From the NCBI GenBank assembly GCA_963675785.1, contig OY776562.1, forward strand, positions 352,001-416,000: a DNA stretch of 64,000 nt. Reading direction: 5' to 3'. The notes below the pieces were generated by a model. That model searched no databases. It saw only the letters and a list, made by a program, of their open reading frames with translations, and had not been told where the DNA came from. A program made the translations under genes and the position numbers. Shown here piece after piece: positions 27,690-36,326 of this stretch (position 1 is the stretch's first letter; the number at the start of each line of letters is the position of its first letter). Origin of the DNA: Anaerolineae bacterium (GTDB lineage Bacteria; Chloroflexota; Anaerolineae; UBA1429).

Positions 27690-29978
27690 TTAGAATTGAC
27701 CTAACCCCGGCAGTTGTTTTTCCAGCGCCTGCTTGACCAGCCCTTTCATCTTGTTCATGCTGGTTTCGCTTTCGCCTTCAAAACGGAGAGATAATTTGGG
27801 CGAAGTGTTGGAAGCGCGGATGAGCGCCCAGTCGTGTTGGCCAAAATAGATGCGGGCCCCGTCAATATCAATGACGCGATAGTCGGGAGCAAACTCATCG
27901 CGCACGGCATTCACTATATCTGCCTTTAGATAATCAGGGCAGTCTATGCGCAGCTCTGGCGAACTGACATAAGCAGGCAGACCGTCTACCAGTTCTTTGA
28001 GCATCTGGCTAAAGGGAACTCCGTGGTTATCCAAATAGCTGAGCAGTAAGGCGCCGGCATATAGAGCATCGTCATATTCGATGGGTGGATCATTGAAAAA
28101 GACGTGGCCGCTCAATTCGCCGCCAATGACGGCTCGCTCATGGCGCATACGCGGCAAGATTGAAGTATTGCCGCAACGCGCCATCACCGGAATGCCGCCG
28201 TATTTGCGTACACCATCAAAGAGCGATTCGGAGCAGCGCACCTCAAAAACGGCTTTACCTGGGCCGTTGCGCAGCGCTTCGCGCGCATATAGCAGCAGCA
28301 TCGTGTCAATAGGGACGATGCTGCCGGTTTCATCCACCAGGCCAATGCGGTCACCGTCGCCATCAAAGGCGACTCCTGCTGCACATTTGTGCTCTACAAC
28401 CGTCTGGCAGAGATCGAGCATGTTCTCTTCTTCGGCAGGATCGGGCTGATGGTTGGGAAAGGTGCCGTCCGGTTCACAATAGAGAGGGATAACCTCGCAG
28501 CCTAACTCGCGGAAGAGTTTGAGTGCCAGCGGCCCGGCGGAGCCGTTACCAGCGTCGATGGCGATCTTGAGCGGTTTACTGAGGCGAATGCGATGGGTGA
28601 TATAGTTCAGATAAGGATAGATCACATCTCGTGCCAAGCGGCGGCCTTCCCCGCTGGCAAAGAGACCGCTGGCGATGAGACGTTCCACCTTTTGCAGTTC
28701 TTCTCCAGCCAAGGCTTCTGTGCCCACCTGAAGTTTGAGGCCGTTGAATTCGGTGGGGTTGTGGCTGGCCGTTACCTGAACGGCACCATCCACCCAAAAA
28801 TGATTAAGGGCAAAGCTGGCCAACGGCGTGGGTACCTGGCCAATATCGATGACCTCACAGCCTGTGGCGATGAGTCCCTTGGTGACAGCCTGGGCAAAGG
28901 CCGCTGAACTGGGCCGAACATCGCGCCCCAGGACGATTTGATTGCGGCCGGTTCTGCGCTGCATATAGGTGCCAAAAGCTCTACCCATGCTTTCTAGGGC
29001 GGTGGCTGTGAGCTCCGATCCTACCATGCCGCGGATATCATACTCTCGAAAAATGGCGCGGCTCACCGAAAGCTGTTCTTGCAAGGCGTAATCGTGCAAT
29101 ACGGCCCTCAGCAACCGCCCCAGTTTGTCGGGATCGTGGCGGATGACAATACGCTCCTGATCGGTCACACGATCTATTTCCAGTACTTCGGTAGCCAGGC
29201 TCTGGCGGATGAGAATGGCGCCTTCAACCAATTCCATTTCCTGAGGTGTGCCCGGGAAAATGACCACGTGCGAATCGTCATCATGTACAATCTCTGGTTC
29301 AACGATGCCAGCAAGACTATCTCGGTAGCGCTGCAGCACGGAATCGCTAAAGGAGCCATTTTGATGGACCAGTACATAATCAAGACGAAAGCCGCAATGC
29401 CGCTGGATGACGCGCACGTGGTCTGCAATGGTATAGCCCACGGTCTGGTTTGGCTGGGTCATCAGGTTACAGACAAAGATCTTGCGAGCTTTGCTCTTGC
29501 GAATGGCCTCGTTGATCTCTTTGATTAGCAGTGCGGGGATAAGGTTTGTGTAGAGGGACCCGGGGCCAATGACGATGGCGTCGGCTCGGGCTAGGGCATC
29601 AAGTACTTCTGGGGTAGGTCTGAAATCTATTGTTGCCTGAGTTGCATCATCAGAAACTGCGTCTTCTGCCGTAAGAAATACACGTTCTAATGTGGTACCG
29701 GCTGGGGCCAGTGAGATGGCCCGCTCTCCCACCAGCGTTTCACCGGCCGAAGTAACAGCACAAACTTGCACCCGATCCAGTGTTGGGATGAGTACTTCGT
29801 CGGCACTAACGCCCATGATGCTGTGTAGTTGGGCAAAAGCGGCACCAGCGTTAGCGGGTGGAACAACGCCGATGGTGTCCCAGGGTTCGTCGCGGCAAGC
29901 GTTTAGCAACATGCCCAATCCCAGTGTTCCGGCAAATGCAACGACAGTAGACTTGTGAGTTGTGATATTATCTGACAT
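27690..29978 (-). CDS. Fusion: YvcK/GlmR/CofD (UPF0052)-like domain + phosphomannomutase/phosphoglucomutase
   Basis: N-term GPGSLYTNLIP, CNLMTQP, RHDPDKL; C-term IFREYDIRG, TASHNP, DGDGDR, GELSGH, RASNT. Confidence 0.88.
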   Translation of the reverse strand: MSDNITTHKSTVVAFAGTLGLGMLLNACRDEPWDTIGVVPPANAGAAFAQLHSIMGVSADEVLIPTLDRVQVCAVTSAGETLVGERAISLAPAGTTLERVFLTAEDAVSDDATQATIDFRPTPEVLDALARADAIVIGPGSLYTNLIPALLIKEINEAIRKSKARKIFVCNLMTQPNQTVGYTIADHVRVIQRHCGFRLDYVLVHQNGSFSDSVLQRYRDSLAGIVEPEIVHDDDSHVVIFPGTPQEMELVEGAILIRQSLATEVLEIDRVTDQERIVIRHDPDKLGRLLRAVLHDYALQEQLSVSRAIFREYDIRGMVGSELTATALESMGRAFGTYMQRRTGRNQIVLGRDVRPSSAAFAQAVTKGLIATGCEVIDIGQVPTPLASFALNHFWVDGAVQVTASHNPTEFNGLKLQVGTEALAGEELQKVERLIASGLFASGEGRRLARDVIYPYLNYITHRIRLSKPLKIAIDAGNGSAGPLALKLFRELGCEVIPLYCEPDGTFPNHQPDPAEEENMLDLCQTVVEHKCAAGVAFDGDGDRIGLVDETGSIVPIDTMLLLYAREALRNGPGKAVFEVRCSESLFDGVRKYGGIPVMARCGNTSILPRMRHERAVIGGELSGHVFFNDPPIEYDDALYAGALLLSYLDNHGVPFSQMLKELVDGLPAYVSSPELRIDCPDYLKADIVNAVRDEFAPDYRVIDIDGARIYFGQHDWALIRASNTSPKLSLRFEGESETSMNKMKGLVKQALEKQLPGLGQF

Positions 29979-30105
29979 TCATTACCTCTTGCATGTTCAA
30001 GTCTGGTCTATCTTGTCATCGTCGACGACTTGAGCGGTACATCTTATGGTCAAAGGTTGAGGTCAACCTTTGCTTTCTGCAGTGGTTTGTATATTAGTTC
30101 ACAGA

Positions 30106-30134
30106 ACTATAACATTGGCTTGATAAAGGGTCAA
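30106..30134 (-). promoter_or_regulatory. Sigma70-type promoter of the yvcK-pmm fusion gene
   Basis: TTGACC - 17 nt - TATAGT with TG upstream of the -10. Confidence 0.55.
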
Positions 30135-30170
30135 CGTTCATGGATATGGTTTTTATAACAGAAGGCATAG

Positions 30171-30338
30171 ATGGATAAAAAAGCAATGCTTCGGGAACTG
30201 TTCATACGGGTATCAGTGACGACTATTTTTGTGGCTATTGCCATTATCTTTCTTCATGCAGATCTCTGGCTGCTGATCTTCCCGGTGGTCATTGGCCTGA
30301 CAATTTGGCTCAAATACCGCACGGGGGATGTTGACTGA
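30171..30338 (+). CDS. Small two-helix membrane protein (55 aa), not in ORF track
   Basis: MDKKAMLRELFIRVSVTTIFVAIAIIFLHADLWLLIFPVVIGLTIWLKYRTGDVD; two hydrophobic segments with basic flanks; GAAGG upstream. Confidence 0.55.
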   Translation: MDKKAMLRELFIRVSVTTIFVAIAIIFLHADLWLLIFPVVIGLTIWLKYRTGDVD

Positions 30339-30414
30339 TTTTCACGCCGTTTTGATGTTCAGATGCTCAGCGTACGTTACACTATCCTCAGAATCCCCGT
30401 CTGAGGAGTGTTGT

Positions 30415-31197
30415 GTGCGCCTGACATACCGAGCTATAGTGACCAGCTTTATAATGATCCTGGGGGTGGTTCTGGCCAACTCTTTGGTCGAGGCTGCGCC
30501 TGTACCCAATACCATAGTGATCCCCTTGGTGTTGAACGTGGGGCCTCAGTGGATTTATCCTCAGGAAACATTTGAGACATTGCCGGTTGAATCTGCGCCA
30601 ACCGATCGACCTGCTGAAGATCATGCCGATCTCAATCTGTCCCTTCGTTCCTATGAAGAGACCCAGGCTTATATAGGTCTGGTAAACTATAACGGCGGTG
30701 TAGATGGTAACGCCCCTGATTTGCGTGGGTTATTGGCGGGCTTTGCAATACCTTCTTTTACAAGCATATACCGCGTGTATGATTGGAATTGGGATACCAA
30801 CAGCTGTGGTGAGCTTATCACGTATCCCGATGTAACCTTGTTGGGCTTGGCCGTAGATCCAGGGGCTGCTGTTTTTGTACCACCCTCAGGCTATTCCATC
30901 AGCGGCGATTATGGGTTCGAGGTGTTAGTACTCTATGCTTCTGAATCTCGCATCACACTGAAATACACGGGCGAAGACAATGTCGTGAGCGGCTATACGC
31001 TGCATATTGAGAATGTGGCGGTGCACCCTGATTTGCTGGCGTTGTATGAAGCGTGTAATGCAGAGGGAAGAGAAACACTGCCGGCACTGAGGGAAGGCCA
31101 ATGTTTTGGCGTGGCGAACGGAGACGAACTGGGTATAGCCATACGAGATAGCGGCACTTTTATGGATCCGCGTTCACTCAAGGACTGGTGGCAATAA
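30415..31197 (+). CDS. Secreted hypothetical protein with N-proximal IVIPLVLN motif
   Basis: GTG 30415 behind GAGGAG; signal peptide; C-terminal DPRSLKDWWQ. Confidence 0.7.
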   Translation: MRLTYRAIVTSFIMILGVVLANSLVEAAPVPNTIVIPLVLNVGPQWIYPQETFETLPVESAPTDRPAEDHADLNLSLRSYEETQAYIGLVNYNGGVDGNAPDLRGLLAGFAIPSFTSIYRVYDWNWDTNSCGELITYPDVTLLGLAVDPGAAVFVPPSGYSISGDYGFEVLVLYASESRITLKYTGEDNVVSGYTLHIENVAVHPDLLALYEACNAEGRETLPALREGQCFGVANGDELGIAIRDSGTFMDPRSLKDWWQ

Positions 31198-31209
31198 ATC
31201 CCCGCGACT

Positions 31210-31821
31210 TTAAAGTAGCTCTGGCTGCCTGGATACCTCTTGACCCTTTCCCCAATAGTTGAGTACCATCGCTGGAATTTTGTGCTTTTGGCTCAATTGG
31301 CGCACGCGTGTCGCGTCGCTTTCGAGCTCCTTGTAAGCAACAATCACCAGATACACAAGCGGTGCCCCCTGGCTTTGAACCAGTCTCGTCAATGACTCGA
31401 GGTCTGTTTCAACTTTGAATGTGCGGCTGACCTGAATGATGGCCGCTGTTTCTGCGTTTGCCTCAGCATTGCTGGGGTTTAGAGAATGAGGAACCAACAA
31501 GGCGACATCTGCGCGGAAGGATCGGGGATGCTTTGTTCCTTTGGCTTGGGGAAACGGGGGAAGAGCTACCTGTATTTGGCTGTGTACTGCGCTGGCAGCA
31601 ATGCCGTGTTGTGGCAAATCCTGCCGCAATACAGAAAAGAGCAGGCATTGCAAATCGGTTTGCGATAGCCAGGCACGAGGGTCTTGTCTACATACCTCAA
31701 AGAGGCGTTCAATGCTTTCTCTGATGAGCACATCAACCACACGCCTTTCGGGCCATCCGGGCAGTTCTGGCATGTTCCCAAAGGCAGCAATAGAGGAACT
31801 CACATCAGGAAAGTCGGACAT
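31210..31821 (-). CDS. Hypothetical protein
   Basis: 203-aa ORF with RBS AAGGGG; no recognised family. Confidence 0.55.
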   Translation of the reverse strand: MSDFPDVSSSIAAFGNMPELPGWPERRVVDVLIRESIERLFEVCRQDPRAWLSQTDLQCLLFSVLRQDLPQHGIAASAVHSQIQVALPPFPQAKGTKHPRSFRADVALLVPHSLNPSNAEANAETAAIIQVSRTFKVETDLESLTRLVQSQGAPLVYLVIVAYKELESDATRVRQLSQKHKIPAMVLNYWGKGQEVSRQPELL

Positions 31822-31968
31822 ACGTTTCCCCTTATCCTAGACACTTGATATTCTACCTTGCCTGTCAAGACTGTCAATCATATTGCCCCCAAGATTGGGG
31901 TTGCTCTATCGGATACTTTGGGATTATTATGGATCAGGTCATTGTATGAACGAACCCGGGAGGACACC

Positions 31969-33309
31969 TTGGAACTGCTCGATCAATCGAACAAGATCAA
32001 TAGCCTGAATTATGATGAACGACAGTCGGCTTTTGTGGAATTTCTAAAAAATGTCCGCCCCGCCGAGCGCGATGACTCCGTTTTTAATCTTCATTGCCAT
32101 ACGTTCTTTTCCTATAACGGGTACGGTATGTCTCCACAGGGGCTCGTGGCACTTGCCCGTTCAGAGGGGTGGTATGCCCTGGGCACGGTGGATTTTGATG
32201 TTTTGGACGGCGTAGATGAGACACTAGAATCTGCCGATCTAGCAGGTGTTCGCGCGGTAGCCGGTATGGAGACACGGACCTTTGTTCCCGAGTTTGCTGA
32301 CGATGAGATCAATTCTCCGGGCGAGCCCGGTGTGTGCTATCACGTAGGGCTGGGTTTTTGCTCTCGGCAGGTGCCCCCAAAGGCCGGTAGGGTGCTCGCT
32401 CAGATGCGTGCTGGCGCAGAGCAGCGAAATCGCGCAATGTTTGAGCGTATTATGCCTGCGCTTGCCCCATTGACACTCGATTACGATCGGGACGTTCAAT
32501 CGCTCACGCCAGCGGGTAATGCCACTGAGCGCCATATTCTTGTGGCCCTCGATGCTGCTGCGCGCGAACTCTATCCCGATCGTTGTGATCTGCTGGCTTT
32601 TTGGACCGCAAAGTTGGGTCTGAGCCCGGAAAAGGTAGAAGCGGGCATTGGCTTGGAGCCGGGGCCTAGCGACCTGGTTCGTTCGCGCTTGATGAAGCGG
32701 GGTGGCGTTGGCTATGTGCAGCCTGGTCCCGACACATTCCCCATGTTTGCGGATGTGGCTCAGGCTATTATAGCCGCTGGGGCCATTCCCACCCTCGCCT
32801 GGCTGGATGGTTCTACATCTGGTGAGCAGCGCCTGCCCGAGATGCTGGAACTGATGGTTGCACGGGGTGTCGGAGCATTTAACATCATTCCAGATCGAAA
32901 CTGGAACTTCGCCGATGCGGCATTGCGTAAAACCCGTGTGGCCGCGCTTTACGAGGCGGTTGAACTGGCTCGTGAGTTCTCGTTGCCTGTGGTAGTTGGC
33001 ACAGAGCTAAACAAACCAGGCCAGCGCATCCTCGATGATTTCAATGCAGAACCGTTGGTGCCGCTTCATGACGAGTTCACCAGAGGGACGGATTTTTGCT
33101 ATGGCCACACTGTTATGGAGAGAGCTTGGGGAATAGGCTATCAAAGTGACTGGGCTGCGCGCTATCTTGGTTCGCGCCAGGAACGCAACGCTTTTTATAT
33201 CGAGGCTGGGAGACTGATTCCTCCAGGCGCCGAAACACTGGCACGACTTCGAGCCGTATCTGTCCCCGAGTTGCCGGATCGGGTTTTGGGAGTTCTTGCC
33301 CAATTGTAG
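31969..33309 (+). CDS. PHP-domain metal-dependent phosphoesterase-like protein
   Basis: NLHCHTFFS, GTVDFD, GMET, GTE motifs; TTG 31969 behind GGGAGG. Confidence 0.75.
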   Translation: MELLDQSNKINSLNYDERQSAFVEFLKNVRPAERDDSVFNLHCHTFFSYNGYGMSPQGLVALARSEGWYALGTVDFDVLDGVDETLESADLAGVRAVAGMETRTFVPEFADDEINSPGEPGVCYHVGLGFCSRQVPPKAGRVLAQMRAGAEQRNRAMFERIMPALAPLTLDYDRDVQSLTPAGNATERHILVALDAAARELYPDRCDLLAFWTAKLGLSPEKVEAGIGLEPGPSDLVRSRLMKRGGVGYVQPGPDTFPMFADVAQAIIAAGAIPTLAWLDGSTSGEQRLPEMLELMVARGVGAFNIIPDRNWNFADAALRKTRVAALYEAVELAREFSLPVVVGTELNKPGQRILDDFNAEPLVPLHDEFTRGTDFCYGHTVMERAWGIGYQSDWAARYLGSRQERNAFYIEAGRLIPPGAETLARLRAVSVPELPDRVLGVLAQL

Positions 33310-33311
33310 AA

Positions 33312-33340
33312 AAAAGGCCCGACAAAAAGTCGGGCCTTTT
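33312..33340. terminator. Bidirectional intrinsic terminator
   Basis: AAAAGGCCCGAC-AAAAA-GTCGGGCCTTTT between convergent genes. Confidence 0.85.
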
Positions 33341-33348
33341 ACTATGTA

Positions 33349-33999
33349 CTACTGTTGACGCAGGTTTACATTTTCATAGCAGCCTGCCTGTGCGTGGAAT
33401 ACCTGGTTTTCGTTGCCGGTCAGTGGCATTTCTTCACCGCCGATGACGAGTTTGGCGATCTGAATGTCAGTGTTGTTCTCGACATAGAATTCATACCAGC
33501 CTTGGGCATTTGTTGTGGCGGGTACGTCATAGTACCAATCATCGATGGTGATATAAACGCTAGCTCCTGCAACTACGTTGTTCTCACGGTCAAAGACCTG
33601 CCCCTTGACGGTTCCTTGGCTAGAACCGTGTTCAATGCAACCGTTGTACTCGACAACATAGTAACCCTCGAGTGGATCAGGGGTGGGTGTGTTGGTTGGC
33701 AAGGGAGCCAGTGTAGATACCTGGGTTGGGACAACATAAGGCGTCAGGGTGGGCACAAGTGTTGCTGTGGCGACAAGGCCGTTCTGAGTTGGCTGTGGCG
33801 TGAGTGTTGGGATGAGTGTATTAGTTAGCGTTGTTTCGGCACCAGCCACGCCTGTCGCTGTTGCAGTTGTGGCGCGTGTGCCCAATATGGCGTCAAGGGC
33901 CCCCTCACGATAGATGAGGTAGCCTAGTGTTACTACGACCATGATGACAATGATCAGAGCGGCGAGAGCAAGATAGAAGGCAGTTTTCTGTTGCGACAT
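33349..33999 (-). CDS. Membrane-anchored protein with Pro/Thr-rich linker and carboxypeptidase-regulatory-like beta domain
   Basis: N-terminal TM helix, PT repeats, VKGQVFD...TTNAQGWYEF. Confidence 0.7.
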   Translation of the reverse strand: MSQQKTAFYLALAALIIVIMVVVTLGYLIYREGALDAILGTRATTATATGVAGAETTLTNTLIPTLTPQPTQNGLVATATLVPTLTPYVVPTQVSTLAPLPTNTPTPDPLEGYYVVEYNGCIEHGSSQGTVKGQVFDRENNVVAGASVYITIDDWYYDVPATTNAQGWYEFYVENNTDIQIAKLVIGGEEMPLTGNENQVFHAQAGCYENVNLRQQ

Positions 34000-34089
34000 G
34001 TAACTCTCCAGATATCCAGATCAGACGGCGCGAAACAATGAGCCGCCCGTTGCGTATAGATAGTACGCATATACAGCCAGGAGGTAGCG

Positions 34090-34659
34090 ATGGCTGATGT
34101 CCTCAAGATGTTCCAGGATCAGGCGCAGAAAATGATCGAGCAGATCAATGACAAAGGTGGCTTGCGCGGCATGATAGATGGACTGCGCAATCGCATTGAA
34201 GAAGCAGACCGCAAGCGCGATGTGAATCGTGTCAGGGTGGAGCTAGAACGGCTTGATACCCAATATGCCGATCTGACGCGAGCGATAGGTCTCGAAGCGG
34301 TTTCACTTTATGAGCGCAATATGCTCAAGACGCCAGAACTCGAGCCTTTGTGCCAGCATGTTTCAGATATACACAAAATGTTGGAATCGAAAAAGCAAGA
34401 GCTCGCCCAACTAGAGGCAGAGGCTGCTGCGGAACAGGCCGCGCGAGCTGCGCAGGCTCAAGCCCAGACTCGGTGCAGTGTTTGCGGCAACCCTCTCCCC
34501 GAAACAGGCGCCTTTTGTGCGAGTTGCGGAGCCCCAATCCATGGCCGCACCACACCTTCGCCAGCAGGGCCTTCTCATTGCCCAGTGTGCAATGCGGAAA
34601 TCCGCCTGGGCGCCAAGTTCTGTGGACGCTGTGGAGCTGATGTATCCACCAGCAACTAG
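34090..34659 (+). CDS. Coiled-coil plus double zinc-ribbon protein
   Basis: RBS AGGAGG; CSVCG/FCASCG and CPVCN/FCGRCG. Confidence 0.8.
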   Translation: MADVLKMFQDQAQKMIEQINDKGGLRGMIDGLRNRIEEADRKRDVNRVRVELERLDTQYADLTRAIGLEAVSLYERNMLKTPELEPLCQHVSDIHKMLESKKQELAQLEAEAAAEQAARAAQAQAQTRCSVCGNPLPETGAFCASCGAPIHGRTTPSPAGPSHCPVCNAEIRLGAKFCGRCGADVSTSN

Positions 34660-34777
34660 CCTCCTCATTCTATCCACAGCCTTTGACATTGCAACTGGAT
34701 GCATAATTTACCGTTGACCGGCGTTCTACCAGTTGCTAGAATGGGTTGGATGCTGCGGATGAATGTTAGGAGGAGAT

Positions 34778-35539
34778 ATGGCTTGGCTTCCCGATGGAAC
34801 ACCGCTGAAAGGCAAGCTCTTTATCGTTGAGGGCATTGATGGTTCTGGCAAAAGTACGCAGCTCGACCTGGTTTACAAATGGTTGCGTACAGAAGGATAT
34901 GTCGTTTCATTTAGCGAATGGAACTCTTCTCCTGTCGTCCGGCAGACGACAAAACGTGGCAAGAAAAAGCAGATGTTGACGCCAACCACGTTCAGCATCA
35001 TTCATGCGGTGGACCTTTCTGACCGCGTGCAGCAGCAAATGATTCCTGCACTCAAGGCTGGAGCCGTTGTATTGGCTGATCGGTATATCTATACGGCGTT
35101 TGCTCGCGATGGTGCCAGAGGGGTTGATCCTAGCTGGGTCCGCGATATGTATGCCTTTGCCATCCGCCCCACGATGGCCTTTTATTTTCGCGTAACCCTG
35201 GAAGAATCACTCAAGCGCATTATTACAGGGCGCCCCTCGCTCAAATACTATGAAGCAGGGATGGATTTGGGACTTTCGGATGACCCTTATGAGAGCTATC
35301 GGCTCTTTCAGGGGCGCATTCTTGAAGAATATGACAGTATGATTAACGAATTCGGGCTTACTGTCATCGATGCCACGCTTCCCATTGTCGATCAACAGGA
35401 AACGCTGCGCTCTTATATCCGCCCCCATCTCAAGGATGTGCTCAAAACCTCTCCCAGCCCTTGGGACGGTGTTCTTGCCCAAGAAGGTTTGTCGGGGATT
35501 TATCTGGACGAGATAAACCGGGGAGGGCCGCAGGAATGA
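34778..35539 (+). CDS. Thymidylate kinase-like protein 1
   Basis: EGIDGSGKST P-loop, DRYIYT; RBS AGGAG. Confidence 0.85.
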   Translation: MAWLPDGTPLKGKLFIVEGIDGSGKSTQLDLVYKWLRTEGYVVSFSEWNSSPVVRQTTKRGKKKQMLTPTTFSIIHAVDLSDRVQQQMIPALKAGAVVLADRYIYTAFARDGARGVDPSWVRDMYAFAIRPTMAFYFRVTLEESLKRIITGRPSLKYYEAGMDLGLSDDPYESYRLFQGRILEEYDSMINEFGLTVIDATLPIVDQQETLRSYIRPHLKDVLKTSPSPWDGVLAQEGLSGIYLDEINRGGPQE

Positions 35540-36243
35540 CTCTGGCACATTTCTATGGCAAAGGATTGCCCGGATATGAGGGTGTGATGCTGCCTGGCAA
35601 GCTGTTGGTGCTGGAAGGGCCAGATGGCGTAGGTCGTTCAACGCAGATCGCTCTGCTTCGCGAGTGGCTGGAAGCAAAGGGTTTTGCGGTATCTTATTCA
35701 GGACTCAAGCGCTCCGAACTGGCTAGCAAAGGGATTGCCTCAGCCAAACAGGGGCATACGCTTGATGAGCGTACTATGAACTTGTTTTATGTTGCTGATC
35801 TTGCCGACCGTTTGGAGCGAGAGATTATTCCGGCGCTGAAAGCCGGTTTTGTTGTGGTTACCGATCGGTACATGTACTCGCTCATCGCTCGTTCGGTTGT
35901 GCGCGGTGTGAATGCCGAATATATCCGGGCTGTGTTGGGCTTTTGTCTAATCCCCGATGCTGTGTTCTATCTCAAAACTAATCTTGACCATCTGATTCCG
36001 CGAGTTTTGCGCAAAGGCGGTTTTGATTATTGGGAAGCAGGCGTCGATTTTCAACATAAATCTGATTACTATGATTGTTATTGCCAGTACCAATCACAGA
36101 TGCTGGCCGAGTTCGATCGGCTTGGTAAGGAATATGCTTTCAGGAATATTGATGCAACGCGCTCTATTGATGCCGTATTCACTGAACTGAAAGATGAAAT
36201 TGGTCAGATCGTTCTAGAGCTCAAACCCTCGAACAGCATCTAG
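35536..36243 (+). CDS. Thymidylate kinase-like protein 2
   Basis: EGPDGVGRST, DRYMYS; ATGA overlap with the preceding gene. Confidence 0.85.
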   Translation: MTLAHFYGKGLPGYEGVMLPGKLLVLEGPDGVGRSTQIALLREWLEAKGFAVSYSGLKRSELASKGIASAKQGHTLDERTMNLFYVADLADRLEREIIPALKAGFVVVTDRYMYSLIARSVVRGVNAEYIRAVLGFCLIPDAVFYLKTNLDHLIPRVLRKGGFDYWEAGVDFQHKSDYYDCYCQYQSQMLAEFDRLGKEYAFRNIDATRSIDAVFTELKDEIGQIVLELKPSNSI

Positions 36244-36326
36244 TTCTTCAATGGAACCCTGTTTTCAGATAGAAGGTCAGTACTGTATGTGTGCTGGCCT
36301 TTTTGTCATACACCGGAGGCTTGGTT

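Noticed and set aside
27451-27690. Cobalamin riboswitch upstream of cbiM/nikM
   Set aside because: B12-box and GGGAA/GCCACUG signatures not found, and the leader is short
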